Origin: Paraspadella gotoi
Lineage: Eukaryota > Animalia > Chaetognatha
Assembly: GCA_051294375.1 (NCBI GenBank)
Contig: CM119269.1
Span: forward strand, 62,001-126,000
Length of the DNA stretch: 64,000 bases
Reading direction: 5' to 3'
Shown piece by piece: positions 1-12,930 of the stretch. The position numbers were made by a program, and so were the translations under genes. Within the stretch, counting starts at the first letter, position 1, and every line of letters starts with the position of its first letter. Under the pieces are notes generated by a model. That model was not told the DNA's origin. It ran no database searches and saw only the letters and a list, made by a program, of their open reading frames with translations.

Positions 1-71
1 AGACCAAGCACCGAAGCTTTCCCTCATGCTTCCTGCTTGTACACACCCTTCCATTTTCTTTCCAGACAAGA

Positions 72-170
<99 letters not shown>

Positions 171-273
171 AGAGAGAGATAGAGAGAGCGAAAGAGAGGG
201 TGTCTTGTCTGGAAAGAAAATGGAAGGGTGTGTACAAGCAGGAAGCATGAGGGAAAGCTTCGGTGCTTGGTCT
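1..273. repeat. Inverted repeat: 74-bp arms (1-74, 200-273) around a (CT)n-CTAG-(AG)n core
   Basis: 200-273 is the exact reverse complement of 1-74. The CT and AG tracts meet at a CTAG near 104-107. The left arm is cut by the window edge. Confidence 0.95.
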
Positions 274-2761
274 GTAATCGTTAAGGTGTAGTGAGTTTGG
301 GATGAGTTGCTGCAAAGGGGTGCAAAGGGGTTATATAAGAGTGCCAGGAGATATAGACGGATGCAAGTGTAAAAAAAGATCAACATGGATGTGTGAGTTA
401 ACAGAGAGTAAGAAATTTGCGAAGATTGAAAACGAAGTCACGTAGTTTTAAATTTCGGATCACTGCTACAACCAATCAATATGGATTCATTGATTGATTT
501 GATCGCTTCCCTCTCTCGGCTTTTTCGCCTAGTATCCTTGCCTCGGCCACTTACATCTCCTTGCATCACCATGCATCTCCCTAAATTCTCCTTGCTATCT
601 CCCTACACCCGATTTTCGAATCTTTTTTTTCTTTCGAACTAACCTCGACTTCCAGCTGAGAAGATCTGGACGGACATGTGGAATCTCGAACTGGACGAAA
701 GGACAGAATTCCGCCCATTATCGTCTTTTTCGCGCGAATCTCATTCCTCTTTTCTCTCCTTTCCTCTCTCCTTTTCTTTTATTTTCCTTCCTTTCCTCCT
801 TTTGTCCTTTTTCCTTTCCTCCATTTTCATTTTCTTTCCTTTCTTTCTTCCTGTTCCTCCTTTTTTCCTTTCCTTTCCTCCGTCATCGGATTTCTCTGTT
901 TTTGATTCGTGTCATTCTTCCTTTATGTTCCACCATTTCCGAATCCTCACCACTTGAGCTGCGGTTGGCAGGCTTGAGCTTTTACGAATCTCATCAGTTT
1001 CCTCAGTTTATAAGAGTTTATATATGAAAAGCCGAGGTGAGGACGGGCTAAGAGCTTAAAGCCTCATTCCTTATGCAGTGTGTGCGAGCAGAAATACGGA
1101 GATGGAATTTTCATGAGTTCTTTATGGCAAATTGTCATTTATGCTAATGGCATTTACGTGGGTTCAATTGCGCGATGACGAATGTATGCGAATGGTTACA
1201 ATAGTCAATTGAAATGTAGCGAATTGTAATGATAAAAAGTCGTAAAAATATCATCTACCATTGACCATTGATCAAGAACTTGTCATCTTCTATGATACAA
1301 GAAGTATATAAAAAGAATATTCTTTTTTCATATTAACTGATGTGTTTAATATACATTTATTTATTGTATATTTGTTTATTTATTAATTTATTCATTTACT
1401 TGTTCATGTTATTTCACTTTAAATTTTGCAAAAAATAAACTGAATAAATTTTTTTCTCAAAAAAAAAAAAAAAAAACTAAATAAATTTTCGAAAGTTTCT
1501 CGGTCAGTCTTTGTTACATTCTTTACAGGCGTTATTTCTTTTTACTTATTGCTTTTTTCTCCCCCATTTCCTCCTCCGGTTTCACTATCTTTTCTTCATT
1601 TTTAGTGCCCGAGCAACTCATAGTCACTTTCGTTCTGTTAGCAATCTTGGTATCCACTACTTTACTATGCTCGATGTTCTTCATATCTAGGTCAGATATG
1701 AACTTGAGTAGGCGTAGGAATCTCGAAATTAAAAGAATTAGACACATACCTCAACATTATTGTAAATATTTGTTTAAAGCGTAGTTATTTATTACTCAAT
1801 CGAAAATTTCAATGGCTTTTTAATTGTGTATTCTTAAAGTTGAAAAAACTTTTTAAATCTGTGTAATAAACTTATTATAAAGTATCGTTAATTGTTTTCT
1901 ATGACCACTTGAGAATTTCAAAGTATCTATCCTTAGCGAGACCACGCAAAATCTTAAAACTTTTTATTTTCTCAACATTTTCTCAAGGTTTCATCCTTAC
2001 TTCTGTTTTATGGCTCTACTGTCGTAAAATTGGCGTAAATCATTAGTAAATTTCGGTGCTTTGTCCGTACGTATATATGTTCGCAATTCAGTATTTAATG
2101 TTTGCTTCGGTATCGCTCTACTTTAGTTTTCTAATTTAGAAGCTAATATTAGAAATTAAGACTTATTGTAGTATAGTATCATACTTTGTGCCAGTCTACG
2201 TGATCATTTAGATATATATGCGGCATAATTTATGAGATTAAATAAAAATACAAGAAAGAATGAACGAAGCAAAATAAAAACATAACTAATAATAAGATTG
2301 CAACTGATTTAAAATCGGCCTCTCTTTTCCAAAATCGCCCTATTTTCTCGTGAACTTATTTCCCTATTTCCATGAACTTAATTTTAACCCTGATAACTAA
2401 CCCTAATCTGTTATTAAACCCATAAATTAATCCCTGTACCCAACCACAAACCTAAGCAATAAATTTAAAAATTTAACTTAATTCAAAATTATAATGAAAT
2501 TGGTCTGTTTTGGCGCAAATAAGGGCCCCGAATTCGTTTTGACAAAATCGAAAATCGAAGAAAAAAACTTTTTCGCTAAATTAATTTTAATTTTATTTCC
2601 TTCATTCACAATATATTTTGAATTTTGATGGTGAAAAATGAAAAAGAATAGGGAATAGAAATGCGGAAACTCGGAATCTGAAGTGAAGTGGAAAATGGAA
2701 ATGGACAATGAGGGGAAAAGTAAAAGGGAATGGAAANNNNNNNNNNNNNNNNNNNNNNNNN

Positions 2762-3146
2762 AAATCTCATGGCGCAAAGAAGAAAAAAAAGGAGTAAAAT
2801 ATTCTCGTTCGTTTTGAAGGAAAGAATAAAATAAAAGACGACAGGCGGCGCAAGTCGCTTCTTCCATGAAAAAAAAAGAACAATGGAATGGCATTTTCAC
2901 GCGTTCGGGGAATTCTTTTTGCCTTCATTTCGTGAGAGAGCAGCAGGAGGAGAAGATAGAGGAGGGCAGAGAGACGAGAGATCGGTCTCACGAATGAAGG
3001 CAAAAAAATTCCCGACCGTGAAATCCATTCCATTGTTCTTTTTTTTTCATGGAAGAAGCGACTTGCGCCGCCTGTCGTCTTTTTTTTTCTTTTCCTTCAA
3101 ACGACGAGAATTTTTACTCCTTTTTTTCTTCTTTCGCCTGAGATTT
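2762..3146. repeat. Imperfect inverted repeat (arms ~2762-2937 and ~2986-3146) with a purine-rich loop
   Basis: aagacgacaggcggcgcaagtcgcttcttccatgaaaa on the left pairs with ttttcatggaagaagcgacttgcgccgcctgtcgtctt on the right. The left arm has extra single-base insertions and abuts a 25-N gap. Confidence 0.9.
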
Positions 3147-3485
3147 TTTTCTTTTTTCTTATTCTATTCTTTGTTTCCTTTCTTTAAGGTTTTATCCTTC
3201 ATTCATTCATTCATTCATTCATTCATTCATTCATTCATTCATTCAATTATTTGCTCATTCATTTATTGATGAATTCATATAATAACCTTTCCAAAATTTT
3301 CATTTTTTAAGTTTCGGATTAAAAATCATTCTTTAAGTTTAACATCTCTGTCCCTTTTTCCCTTTTTCACTCAGATTCTTTTCTTTCTTTCGCTTCTCTT
3401 TATCTTTAAAACTTTCTTTTCTTCAAATTCTTTTCTGATTTTTCTTTTTAACTCACTTCTCTTTCTTAACACATTTTTCTTTTTT

Positions 3486-3927
3486 TAGTTTCGCCGCGTG
3501 TACTTGCTGAGCAACTCTAAAAGTCACGTTTCGGTCGGTCGATCGGTCGGTCAGTCGGTATGTCTGTCCATCGGTATGTCAGTCCATCGGTATGTCAGTC
3601 CGTCGGTATGTCAGTCCGTCGGTATGTCAGTCCGTCGGTCTGTCCTACCAACGTTAAAAATGCTCTTAACTTGCATATAGTTATTTTCTCATTTGTTAAG
3701 ACAGGAAAAAACCTAAGGGACTGCTAGCGCCGCCTTAAGGAAATAAAAGGTAAAAGACAATATTCCGATGCAGTGCTTGTCATAAATATACCGGCTAAGA
3801 ATGTTATGGTAGTCATGTAGTCATGTCATGTCTTGTCACGTCGTCATGTCATGTAATGTCATATCATGTCACAAGAAACATACGTGATAAGGCAGTCACT
3901 GCGGCACAACGCATTTGAATTACTGTT
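3486..3927 (+). mobile_element. Non-autonomous DINE-1/Helentron-associated (HINE-like) element
   Basis: T-run, 5' stem-loop (tagtttcgccgcg..gagcaact), (GGTC/GTCC)n microsatellite, body, 3' subterminal repeat gcggcacaac, short hairpin, T-run. Homologous to 53876-54240. Confidence 0.7.
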
Positions 3928-3976
3928 CTTTTTTTATTTCTTTACTTTTCTCCCTTTTCTCTACGCTGCGGATTAA

Positions 3977-4008
3977 GGCGTAGTGAAAGTTACATACGAA
4001 AATTCTAA
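3977..4008 (+). mobile_element. Terminus of a second copy of the GGCGTAGT-ended MITE, running into a gap
   Basis: ttaa|ggcgtagtgaaagttacatacgaaaattctaa matches the left end of 8062-8693. Confidence 0.65.
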
Positions 4009-7000
4009 NNNNNNNNNNNNNNNNNNNNNNNNNNNNNNNNNNNNNNNNNNNNNNNNNNNNNNNNNNNNNNNNNNNNNNNNNNNNNNNNNNNNNNNNNNNN
4101 NNNNNNNNNNNNNNNNNNNNNNNNNNNNNNNNNNNNNNNNNNNNNNNNNNNNNNNNNNNNNNNNNNNNNNNNNNNNNNNNNNNNNNNNNNNNNNNNNNNN
4201 NNNNNNNNNNNNNNNNNNNNNNNNNNNNNNNNNNNNNNNNNNNNNNNNNNNNNNNNNNNNNNNNNNNNNNNNNNNNNNNNNNNNNNNNNNNNNNNNNNNN
4301 NNNNNNNNNNNNNNNNNNNNNNNNNNNNNNNNNNNNNNNNNNNNNNNNNNNNNNNNNNNNNNNNNNNNNNNNNNNNNNNNNNNNNNNNNNNNNNNNNNNN
4401 NNNNNNNNNNNNNNNNNNNNNNNNNNNNNNNNNNNNNNNNNNNNNNNNNNNNNNNNNNNNNNNNNNNNNNNNNNNNNNNNNNNNNNNNNNNNNNNNNNNN
4501 NNNNNNNNNNNNNNNNNNNNNNNNNNNNNNNNNNNNNNNNNNNNNNNNNNNNNNNNNNNNNNNNNNNNNNNNNNNNNNNNNNNNNNNNNNNCGACGACGG
4601 AATTAATTATTTCTTTCTCCCTCCATTGAAACTTTTCCAACCCGCAATTTATCCCATCTCGGTGCTGAAACGGATTACCCAAAAGAGAGAGATTACTTTT
4701 TATGCTGTTATTGGATACCGTTTACTATTTTTTAATGTAAGGTTAAATCGTTTTTTGTTATTAATAAAAAAAGAAAAAAGGATAATACGATAATTAAATT
4801 TTATTTGAAATTAGAATAGTCGAGGAACTTCTCATAGAAAATATTTCTTTGGAAAAGGAAAATCGTATAATATGATTAAAGCAATAAAACCTGAAAATTA
4901 AAATTCATAAAATTAAAATAAAAGGCCAACAATTTGGTTTCGAATTCGCAAAGTTCTTTTTTTTATTCATTCTATCGATTCTGCTTCCAACGTCTCTTCC
5001 ATTATTCTTTCTTCCACGCCCACAGTCGCCAACAGTCGCCCACTCTTGTATCAACAGCTTTCGCGTCGTCTTGCTTTTGGAAGTCAAGATCGTGCAGTGA
5101 CAACGGTAGAATCTGGTAAAATTAATTGCTCGAAATAATTATAAATGGAGAAGCTAAAAACGAAGCCCCAGCCCCGACCATGGGAAAAAGTATCGCGAGG
5201 TCCGGGGGGCCGTTTCCTGTTTTGCCGACTGATTCAGTATTTTTATCCCACTCCCGATCACTACATAAATCATTGAGATTTAAGAATTCTTTCGAGCCCG
5301 CGAAGTGTCCGAAGGATTTAGAGGAAAAAAATATCGGGAAATGAGTAAAAACGGAAAAATCCTTCAGGAAATGGGGAAGTGCGAGAGGCGGTGAATATGG
5401 CGCGAAGAGGTGGAATGGTTGGACTTGGGACTTGATGGTTGGAGTTGAGTGAACGAGGTTGTAAGTTCTAAAGTCAATGTAAAGTCACAGCAAACGAGTA
5501 AAGCTTCCAAATAAGGAAGGACCTATTTGCTAAACTTGTTTTGTTGAGATTTCATCAAATTTGTCCAATAGATTTTTGTTGTTTGGGGTTGTATAAGGAG
5601 AAATAATATACACGTCTTGTTAGATTTTTTTAGATTTCTGACGCCTTTACGCCTTCGAATCTCGATTTGATTTTTTTTTCTTCCAACATAATATTTTAGC
5701 CCGAGGCTTTAAAGGGCCGAGTTAGAGGCAAACAAAAAAAAGGTTTTTCTTTGCTCAGTTGAGGTGAAAATTGGCGTGAAAAAAATGAGGGAAGAGGGAG
5801 CGGAAGGGAACAAAGAGAAAAGGAAAAAACGAGTATTGAATTCCGGCGAAAGGTAAGATTCTCGCTTTGGGAATGCGAAAAATGTCGTCGGAAGCAAGAA
5901 AGATAGAAAAGAATAAAAAAATCTTGAAAAGGACGAGGATGGGCATGAAGTTGAAATGTGGTTGCTGATTCCAGGACAGAATAAAAGTCTATATTGGCGG
6001 GAGGAGAGAAAGGGCCATTAAAAGGGTCTACCGGAGAGGAGTTAATATTGCCAGATTTATATGATTATATGAATTGCGGACCTAATTTCCAAACACGTAG
6101 TGGTAAGGTGTTTTTAAAGAAGTTTTACCCTCTTACAAATAAACATACAAGTAATGAATTTCTCAAATTGTAACAATTTCCGTGCGCGATATCTCAGAGC
6201 CCTTCACTTAAATTAATGACTCATTTTGTAGGCTTGCTGTCTGGCATTTGTTGATCGATCAATGTTTTAAATAATTCTAATAAGTCTTTAGTATTAATTT
6301 CTTGGCCCCAATGAACTCATACAAAATTCACATCGATCAACTTTTTGAATTTTTTTTACCTTTTAATGTTTCACGGTAGTCCACAACCAATCTAGAACTT
6401 AGTTAAATTAAAAAAAGTATAGTATGGGAATGTGCATTTTTGCCTACTGAATTCAATATTCATATATTCATTTTAATGTTACAAAAACGAGAAAATATCA
6501 TAATGTATAAAATGCCTGCGGTAAACGTCGCCTCCTATTATTACGTGGACTAAAATCACCTACCGTTCATCCAGCGGCCTTGGTGGCCAGAGGCAAGTCA
6601 TTAGCCCTCCCACGCCAAGCCCGGTGGTACGCCTAGCAGTTTAACAGGGACGGGGCGCTTCCGCTGTAATGGTGTTTACAAGAGCCTGATCCGAAGCTCA
6701 GGGACTGCTTATATTTAACGGTTTCTGTCACTAAAACAACAATCATTACTGTCTCTTCAAATTCCCTCACGATAGGATTCCAGACCAAAGTAATTTGGGG
6801 GAGGCCGTGGTCTTTTAAGCCGGTACCGAGAGCTTGCGACGACCGAGTTCCAACGCCCCCTGTCTACACAATGTTCTTCGGACGCGGTCGTCGTCACAAG
6901 GGTCGAAAATACGTTTCCAAAAGCGTGGGCTTTGTGGCTTCAGAGAAGCGAATCCGGATTAAACGATTTGCCACGATTTTAATATTCTACTTATAAAAGT

Positions 7001-8061
7001 TAATCAATTACAAATTAATGAAAAAAGAACATTAAATCGTTGATATGATCCGCTCTTTTAAATTAATTATGCATGTTTTAAAAATCTATTTCCATTTCAG
7101 AGGTCGGGTAAAGGCTCTTGAACAAGTGTCGTAAAAAATGGCGGGCCGGACTTGGTGGCCGAGACCCGCGCAGGCAATACCGATGCGGCTCCCGGAAGTA
7201 GTTTGCATCTATTGGCCCAAAGTGCTGCAGACGAAATGTCTTCTGCTTCATCGGGGCTAGGAGGTTTTCGCGGGAACCTGATTAAGGAAGAGAAAGTGTT
7301 TTACCGGCCTGACAATCGAGAGAATTTAACTAAAAATGTAGAAACATGTGCCAACCTTGTCGCCCAAGATTTCGACGGCATCGACGAAAGACGCTCGCTA
7401 AGACAAACCAACAAAATGGATTTTCATTTTCGACGCCTGAAATTTAATAGCAAAAAGAAAAAGTTTTTTTGCTTCGAGCTTTGCTAATGGTAAAAATGGC
7501 GAGTGAAAACGCTTCACTCTTGGTTTTTTAATTCAAAGCCGGTCGCGAACTAAAGCCGGTCGTTTTTTGTCGGTCGGATCGCTTATACAAAATAAGATAA
7601 CTTACGGAGAATTGAAAAAACGAAATTAAAATATTTAAAAGGAAAAAAAATTAATTACAAAAATTATGGATATTTTTTATAAATTCATTATCAAAATAGT
7701 AAACAAAAGACATACTTTTATTCTTTCAGTTTTATATTTTTATATTAGCGCGTAGAAGAGTGAAAGAGCAATTTTTCACTCCTTTTGGTTTATTTTTCCT
7801 TCGTGGGAGAGAACAGTATTTCTCATTTTTTTCCCAGAACAAATTGTAATCTGATTTTGTGCCAGACTTTAAAATAATGCAGGCCCGTGATTTGTCATAT
7901 AAATTCAATAAAATTGTCGACAAGTAGTAAAATTTCAAGAATAAAATACTATTTATCAGGGATAATGTTATAAAAATTTTGCAACACGGGCTTTGCTATG
8001 TTCTAACGGCTACGTATATAAAATTTGTACTAGGGAAAACGCGAGGATGACTGTTTAATAA

Positions 8062-8693
8062 GGCGTAGTGAAAGTTTACGTATGGAAAATTCTAAAAGAA
8101 ATTATGAACTAACATACCATAAAAGTAACATTAATTTGTAAAAAAAAATTATTTTATGTTTTTTTAATTTTCGCAGTAGGCTATATTTATATATAGTACA
8201 TATCCCTTATACAATAATCGAAAAATTTCAAAATATGCTTTTCTTAAATTTTGATTGCAGATTTGAATTCCTTCGTCAAAAAAGTTGATAAAAGAAAATA
8301 TATAAATCATTTTTAAAATTCTTTTATTAAGTGGGGTTTAAAATTTAAAAAACTATGATTTAATATAATAAAAAGTTAATTTTCAGCTAAAATGATAGCT
8401 TTTTTTAAAATTTTTGACCTACTTATGAAAGGAATTTTTCAAAAAGGGTTATATTTCTTTCTAATCAAACTTTTTATGAACGAATCAAATCTGGCAAAAA
8501 AAAACTTTTAAAAAAACTGTTTTGAAATTTTAACAGTTTAATTGAATTAGTACTAGTATAAATATGGCCCTGCGTAAATTGTAAAATTTATTATAAATTT
8601 TATATATATATATGTTCATAGTAATACTTGTTGTTCGTTCCTCACTTTTTAGAATTTTTAATTAAAAGTTAAATTTTAGAATTTTACTACGCC
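8062..8693. mobile_element. 632-bp fold-back MITE (DNA transposon derivative; TTAA-type target and GG..CC ends, Kolobok-like)
   Basis: Ends are GGCGTAGT..ACTACGCC, flanked by ataa/ttaa. The interior is a long imperfect palindrome (e.g. cagatttgaattccttcgtcaaaaaagttgat vs atcaaactttttatgaacgaatcaaatctg). Superfamily assignment is an inference from the termini. Confidence 0.75.
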
Positions 8694-9495
8694 TTAACTG
8701 TTTAATAGCATTTGGAATAACCAAGCCATCGGCGCCGCAAATTAGCGCGGAAAAAGGCAAATATTGCTGCTCGCGAGTCGGCGCCAGTTTTTGTTCTTCG
8801 TTAACCGGATTTCTGCCACCCTTCACCTTGGGTTCCTTTTAGAAGAAAAGAAAATCTTGAGAGTGAAATCTATACAGTCTAATCTAATAAAATAAAAAAC
8901 GGGGAAAAACAAAAAAGAAAAAAAAAAAAAGAAGAAAAAATAGAAGAACCGCCTCTTGAATGTGTTTTCTTTTTTCTTCTTCCTTCTTTTTTCGGGGAAA
9001 ACGGACTTGGCCGGTGGGCGAATATTCTGGAATGGAATATGAAAGAAAACAAGAACGTTTTCAAATGCAAAGTTCTCTCGCTCTCCCTCTTGTCTCTGTC
9101 CTCTCTCTCTCTCTCTCTCTCTCTAAGTCTCTCTCTCTCTCTCTCTCCACCTCTCGTCTCTTCTCTCACCTCATCATTCTCTCTGCCTCTCCGCGTCTCT
9201 CTCCAACCATTTATCTTTTCAAGCGTAAAAAAACCGGAAAGTTTTTTTTGAGACCATAGCATAGTATCTCTCGCTGTTTCTTAGCTGCAAATAAAATCTT
9301 TTCGCTATAAAAAACAAACGTCTTTCGTTCTTTTTAATTAATAACGTGAGTTTATCTTGCTTTGAAAAGTAATATGCATCAAAACCGATCGTTATACCAA
9401 AGTAACATATATCGTTTGATCCTAAGAATTAAGGGAAAAAAAAAAAAGAGAGAGAGAGAGAGAGAGAAGAGAGACGAGAGAGAGAGAGAGAGAGA

Positions 9496-9544
<49 letters not shown>

Positions 9545-9819
9545 GAGACAGGCGTTGTCTGAGAATATTCTCATCGACGGTCTTCGGCCCAATGTCGTAA
9601 CTTTCTTAGAAACGCCACATCCCCGCCGACGGTTTCAATGGCGGCTCCTTAAACCAACGAAGTGTTACGACTATTTTTTGACGGTCGACGAAACGCCCCC
9701 TAATGACGCCTTTAAGACCCGAAAAACCTTCACCAAGATTACTGAAAGTAAAAGATAATCGCGATTTCATTGCAATTGGTCACTGGGTCAATTGTAGATT
9801 TTGAATGACAATAAAAGTG

Positions 9820-10370
9820 TTAAAAGAACAATATTCCGAAGAGTGCTTGTCATAAATACCACCGGACTAAGAATGTATGGTAGTCAGGTAAGTCCATGTC
9901 GATTCATGTCCACGTGACCGTTCAATGTCCATGTAGATGGTCATGTCATGATGGTTCACAAGAAACAAACGTGATGATGCAGTCACTGCGGGCGCAAACA
10001 CATTTGAATTATGCGCGTTTTTTTTTTCCTTCACTTTTCTTTTCTCCTTTTCTCTACCGGGTCTCCAACCTCTCTCTCCTTCTCTCTCGTCTCTATCTGC
10101 TCTCCTCTCTCATCTCTTTCTTCTCTCCTCTAACTCCATCTCTCCTCTCATCCTCTTAATTTCCCTCCTCGGCGATCGGGACTGTCAAAGTTTCCTCTCA
10201 AACAAGTTTTCTTTTTCCCCTCCTGAGACGACGACGACGACAACGACGAACGGACGACGACGACAACAACGACGACCGACGGGAATTAAATTATTTCTTT
10301 CGTCCCTCCATTGAAACTTTTCCAACCCGCAAGTTTATCCCATTCTCGGTGCTGAAACGGATTACCCTAA
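9820..10370 (+). repeat. Indel-rich duplicate of ~3755-3965 (HINE 3' half) and 4592-4680
   Basis: Shares caatattccga..gcagtcactgcgg..catttgaatta and ccattgaaacttttccaacccgcaa..ggtgctgaaacggattaccc with the earlier region. Lies upstream of the 25-N gap at 10711-10735. Confidence 0.8.
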
Positions 10371-12679
10371 TCTCTCTGTCTCTCTCTCTGTCTTCTCTTC
10401 TCCTCTCTCGTCTCTCTCTCTCTCTGTCTGTCTCTCTCTCTTCTCTCTTCTCTCTCTCTCTCTCCTCATCTCTCTCTCTCTCATCTCTCTCTTTGCTCTC
10501 TCTCTTTCTCTCTCTCTCTGTCTGTCTCTCTCTTTCTCTCTCTCTCGTCTCGGTCATCTCTAAATCTCTCTTCTCTCTCTCCTCTTTCCTTCCTCTCTTG
10601 TCTGTCTCCTCTCATCTTCTCCACTCTCTCTCGTCTCTCTCCCTCTCTCCTCTCTCTTCTCTAGACCTCTCTCCTCCGGTCTCTCCTCTCTCTCTCCTGC
10701 TCTCTCCCTCNNNNNNNNNNNNNNNNNNNNNNNNNTCTCTCCCTCTTCGCATGACTCGATGTCATTTTGTCTTTTCTTTTCGCTTCCGTCATTTCTAATC
10801 AAACTTTTCGTAATTTAGACGCTGAAATCTTTGACAAATTTGAAGAGGGAGACAGAGTCGACAGAGACGAGGGAGAGAGAGACGATAGAGACGGAGACAA
10901 CGAGGCCGGCATGTCAGACCGCGCCGGCCTCGCTGCTTAAAAAGTTTTTAGCAGTTTTTATTTTTGAGAAAAAAGAAAATCAGAGATTAAATATTTTATT
11001 TCATTTTTAAGTTTAGATGTAAAAGTATAAAAATGTAGACAAAACGTTGAGCTGGTAGAGAACGACCAAATTTGAGTAGTTTAATTAAGATTGGCGGGAA
11101 TGAACAGAGGCCAGATCTGGCAAAGAGAGTTCTGCCACGCCCAAAAACCAGTTTGCTTTGGGTCGTACTCATCCCTAAGAGAACAGTTCCAGAATAGCAT
11201 TGTTCTGGTCTGGTCTGGTCAATGAGCCACCGGGAGAAATTAGAGCAAAGTCTACTAAAAAATTGATTAGACTAGAAATTGACATCTGGTCAAAACCGTT
11301 ACATTAAAATTAATATCTTTCTTTTCTTCTCCTGAAAAGAGGATAAGAGTCAGTGACTGATCACAATGACTTTTTAAAAAGAAGCGACATCGCGGATCCA
11401 ATATCTAAATCACTGAGGCTCATTTGTGACATTTGTGAAAGAATCAGATGCTGCGGTGATAGAAGGAACATGTCATCAACTGTTAAAAGATGACATCGTG
11501 GTGACAAAGAAAACGATAAAGATTATCATAACGACAATGAAGACGACAACGAAAACGACAAACACGAGGATAACAGTGAAGATGACAACGACGAAGGCGA
11601 CGACGATATAAACGACGACGACGAGGACGCAACCCAACGCAATGAAGATGACGACGACGACGACGACGACGACGACGAGCGACGACGACGCGAAACGAAG
11701 ACGACGACGACGACGACGACGAGCGTCGAGCGTCGAGCCATCTTCTCGTTTCTGAAAATCCTTCCTTAAAAAAGATACAGAGAGAATTCCGATGCAGAAA
11801 AACGTTTTTACTGTAAAAAAAATCGACGTCAAATTTTCTTAAATATATTTTTACCGGATATATTTTTTTTCTCGACTTATGTCATTTTTAAATATATAAA
11901 TTAATTAATGTTTTTGACTAAACAAAAAAAAGATTCATTGTGTGAATTGTAATAAACTTCGTTCAACTCAAATCGTGAGAATTAGTAATAATTATATGAA
12001 GATAAAAAATGCGGTCAAAGTAGGCGCCCATTCCACTCTGTCTCTCTCTGCCAACGACGTGACCCTTTGCAATTTAGAATTTCGACCAAGGCTGCTGCTG
12101 CTTCTGCCGCCGTTGCTGGTCTGCTGCCGTCGCCGCTGCTGGTCTGCTCCCGCCGCCTCAGAGTTTGACCCGAACGTGACTCTTATGCGAGAACTTTTCC
12201 GGAGATCGTGATTGGGCCCACGATTGTGGGGAAAAGACCACGAGACCACAAGACCACCAAACCACAGAACACAAGACCACCCAACCACTAGACCACAAGA
12301 CCATCAAACCACAGAATACAAGACTTTTGGGTGTCGATTTTTATATTATTTTTTTTCCTACTTTTATATAAATATTTGTCTTTTTGTCGTTTTTTTTTCT
12401 TTTTCTTTTTACTCTTATTTTCTAATCTTCTTCTTATTTTTATTCCCTATTTCTTCCATGTTTCCTTTTTTCTTTCCTCCTTTTCTTTTCTTTTTTCTTT
12501 CCTCCTTTTCTTTTTTCTTGCCTCCTTTTTTCTTTTTTCTTTTCTCCTTTTCTTTTCTTTTTTCTTTCCTCCTTTTTTCCGCTTTTCTCCCACGCCCTTT
12601 TTTATTTCCTCCATCTTTCCTTTTCCGTCGACCTTGACTCACTCTCGATTCTCGCCGAAAATCCTTCATTCCTTCGCAC

Positions 12680-12930
12680 TCTCCTCTTTCCTTCTCTTTC
12701 CTCTTCTTTCCTCCACTTTCCTCCTCTTTCCTTCTCTTTCCTCCACTTTCCTTCTCTTTCCACCTCTTTCCTCTTCTTTCCTTCTCTTCCCTCCACTTTC
12801 CTTCTCTTTCCTCCACTTTCCTCCTATTTCCTCCACTTTCTTTCTCTTTCCTCCTCTTTCCTCCACTTTCCTTCTCTTTCCTCCACTTTCCTCCATTTTC
12901 CTCCTCTTTCCTTCTCTTTCCTCCACTTCC
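12680..12930. repeat. Polypyrimidine minisatellite built of 10-bp units (ctccactttc / cttctctttc)
   Basis: Directly visible tandem units. Confidence 0.85.

Noticed and set aside
1532-1750. Minus-strand mini-intron (gtatgt..ctgacctag) plus Lys/Glu-rich ORF
   Set aside because: The splice signals are plausible, but no upstream coding exon or homology is recognisable.
2380-2460. Telomeric repeat remnant (taaccc)
   Set aside because: Only a few scattered degenerate units are present.
6570-6720. tRNA-like head (tggtggccagaggc) and hammerhead-like gagcctgatccgaagctc
   Set aside because: There is no convincing B box, and the CUGANGA/GAAA core with three stems is not met.
7152-7487. 111-aa complex ORF after a ttcag acceptor
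   Set aside because: No recognisable domain or donor site. It could be a decayed transposon fragment, but this is unsupported.
11476-11832. Multi-transmembrane Val-rich ORF
   Set aside because: It arises from (GAC/GTC)n trinucleotide repeats.
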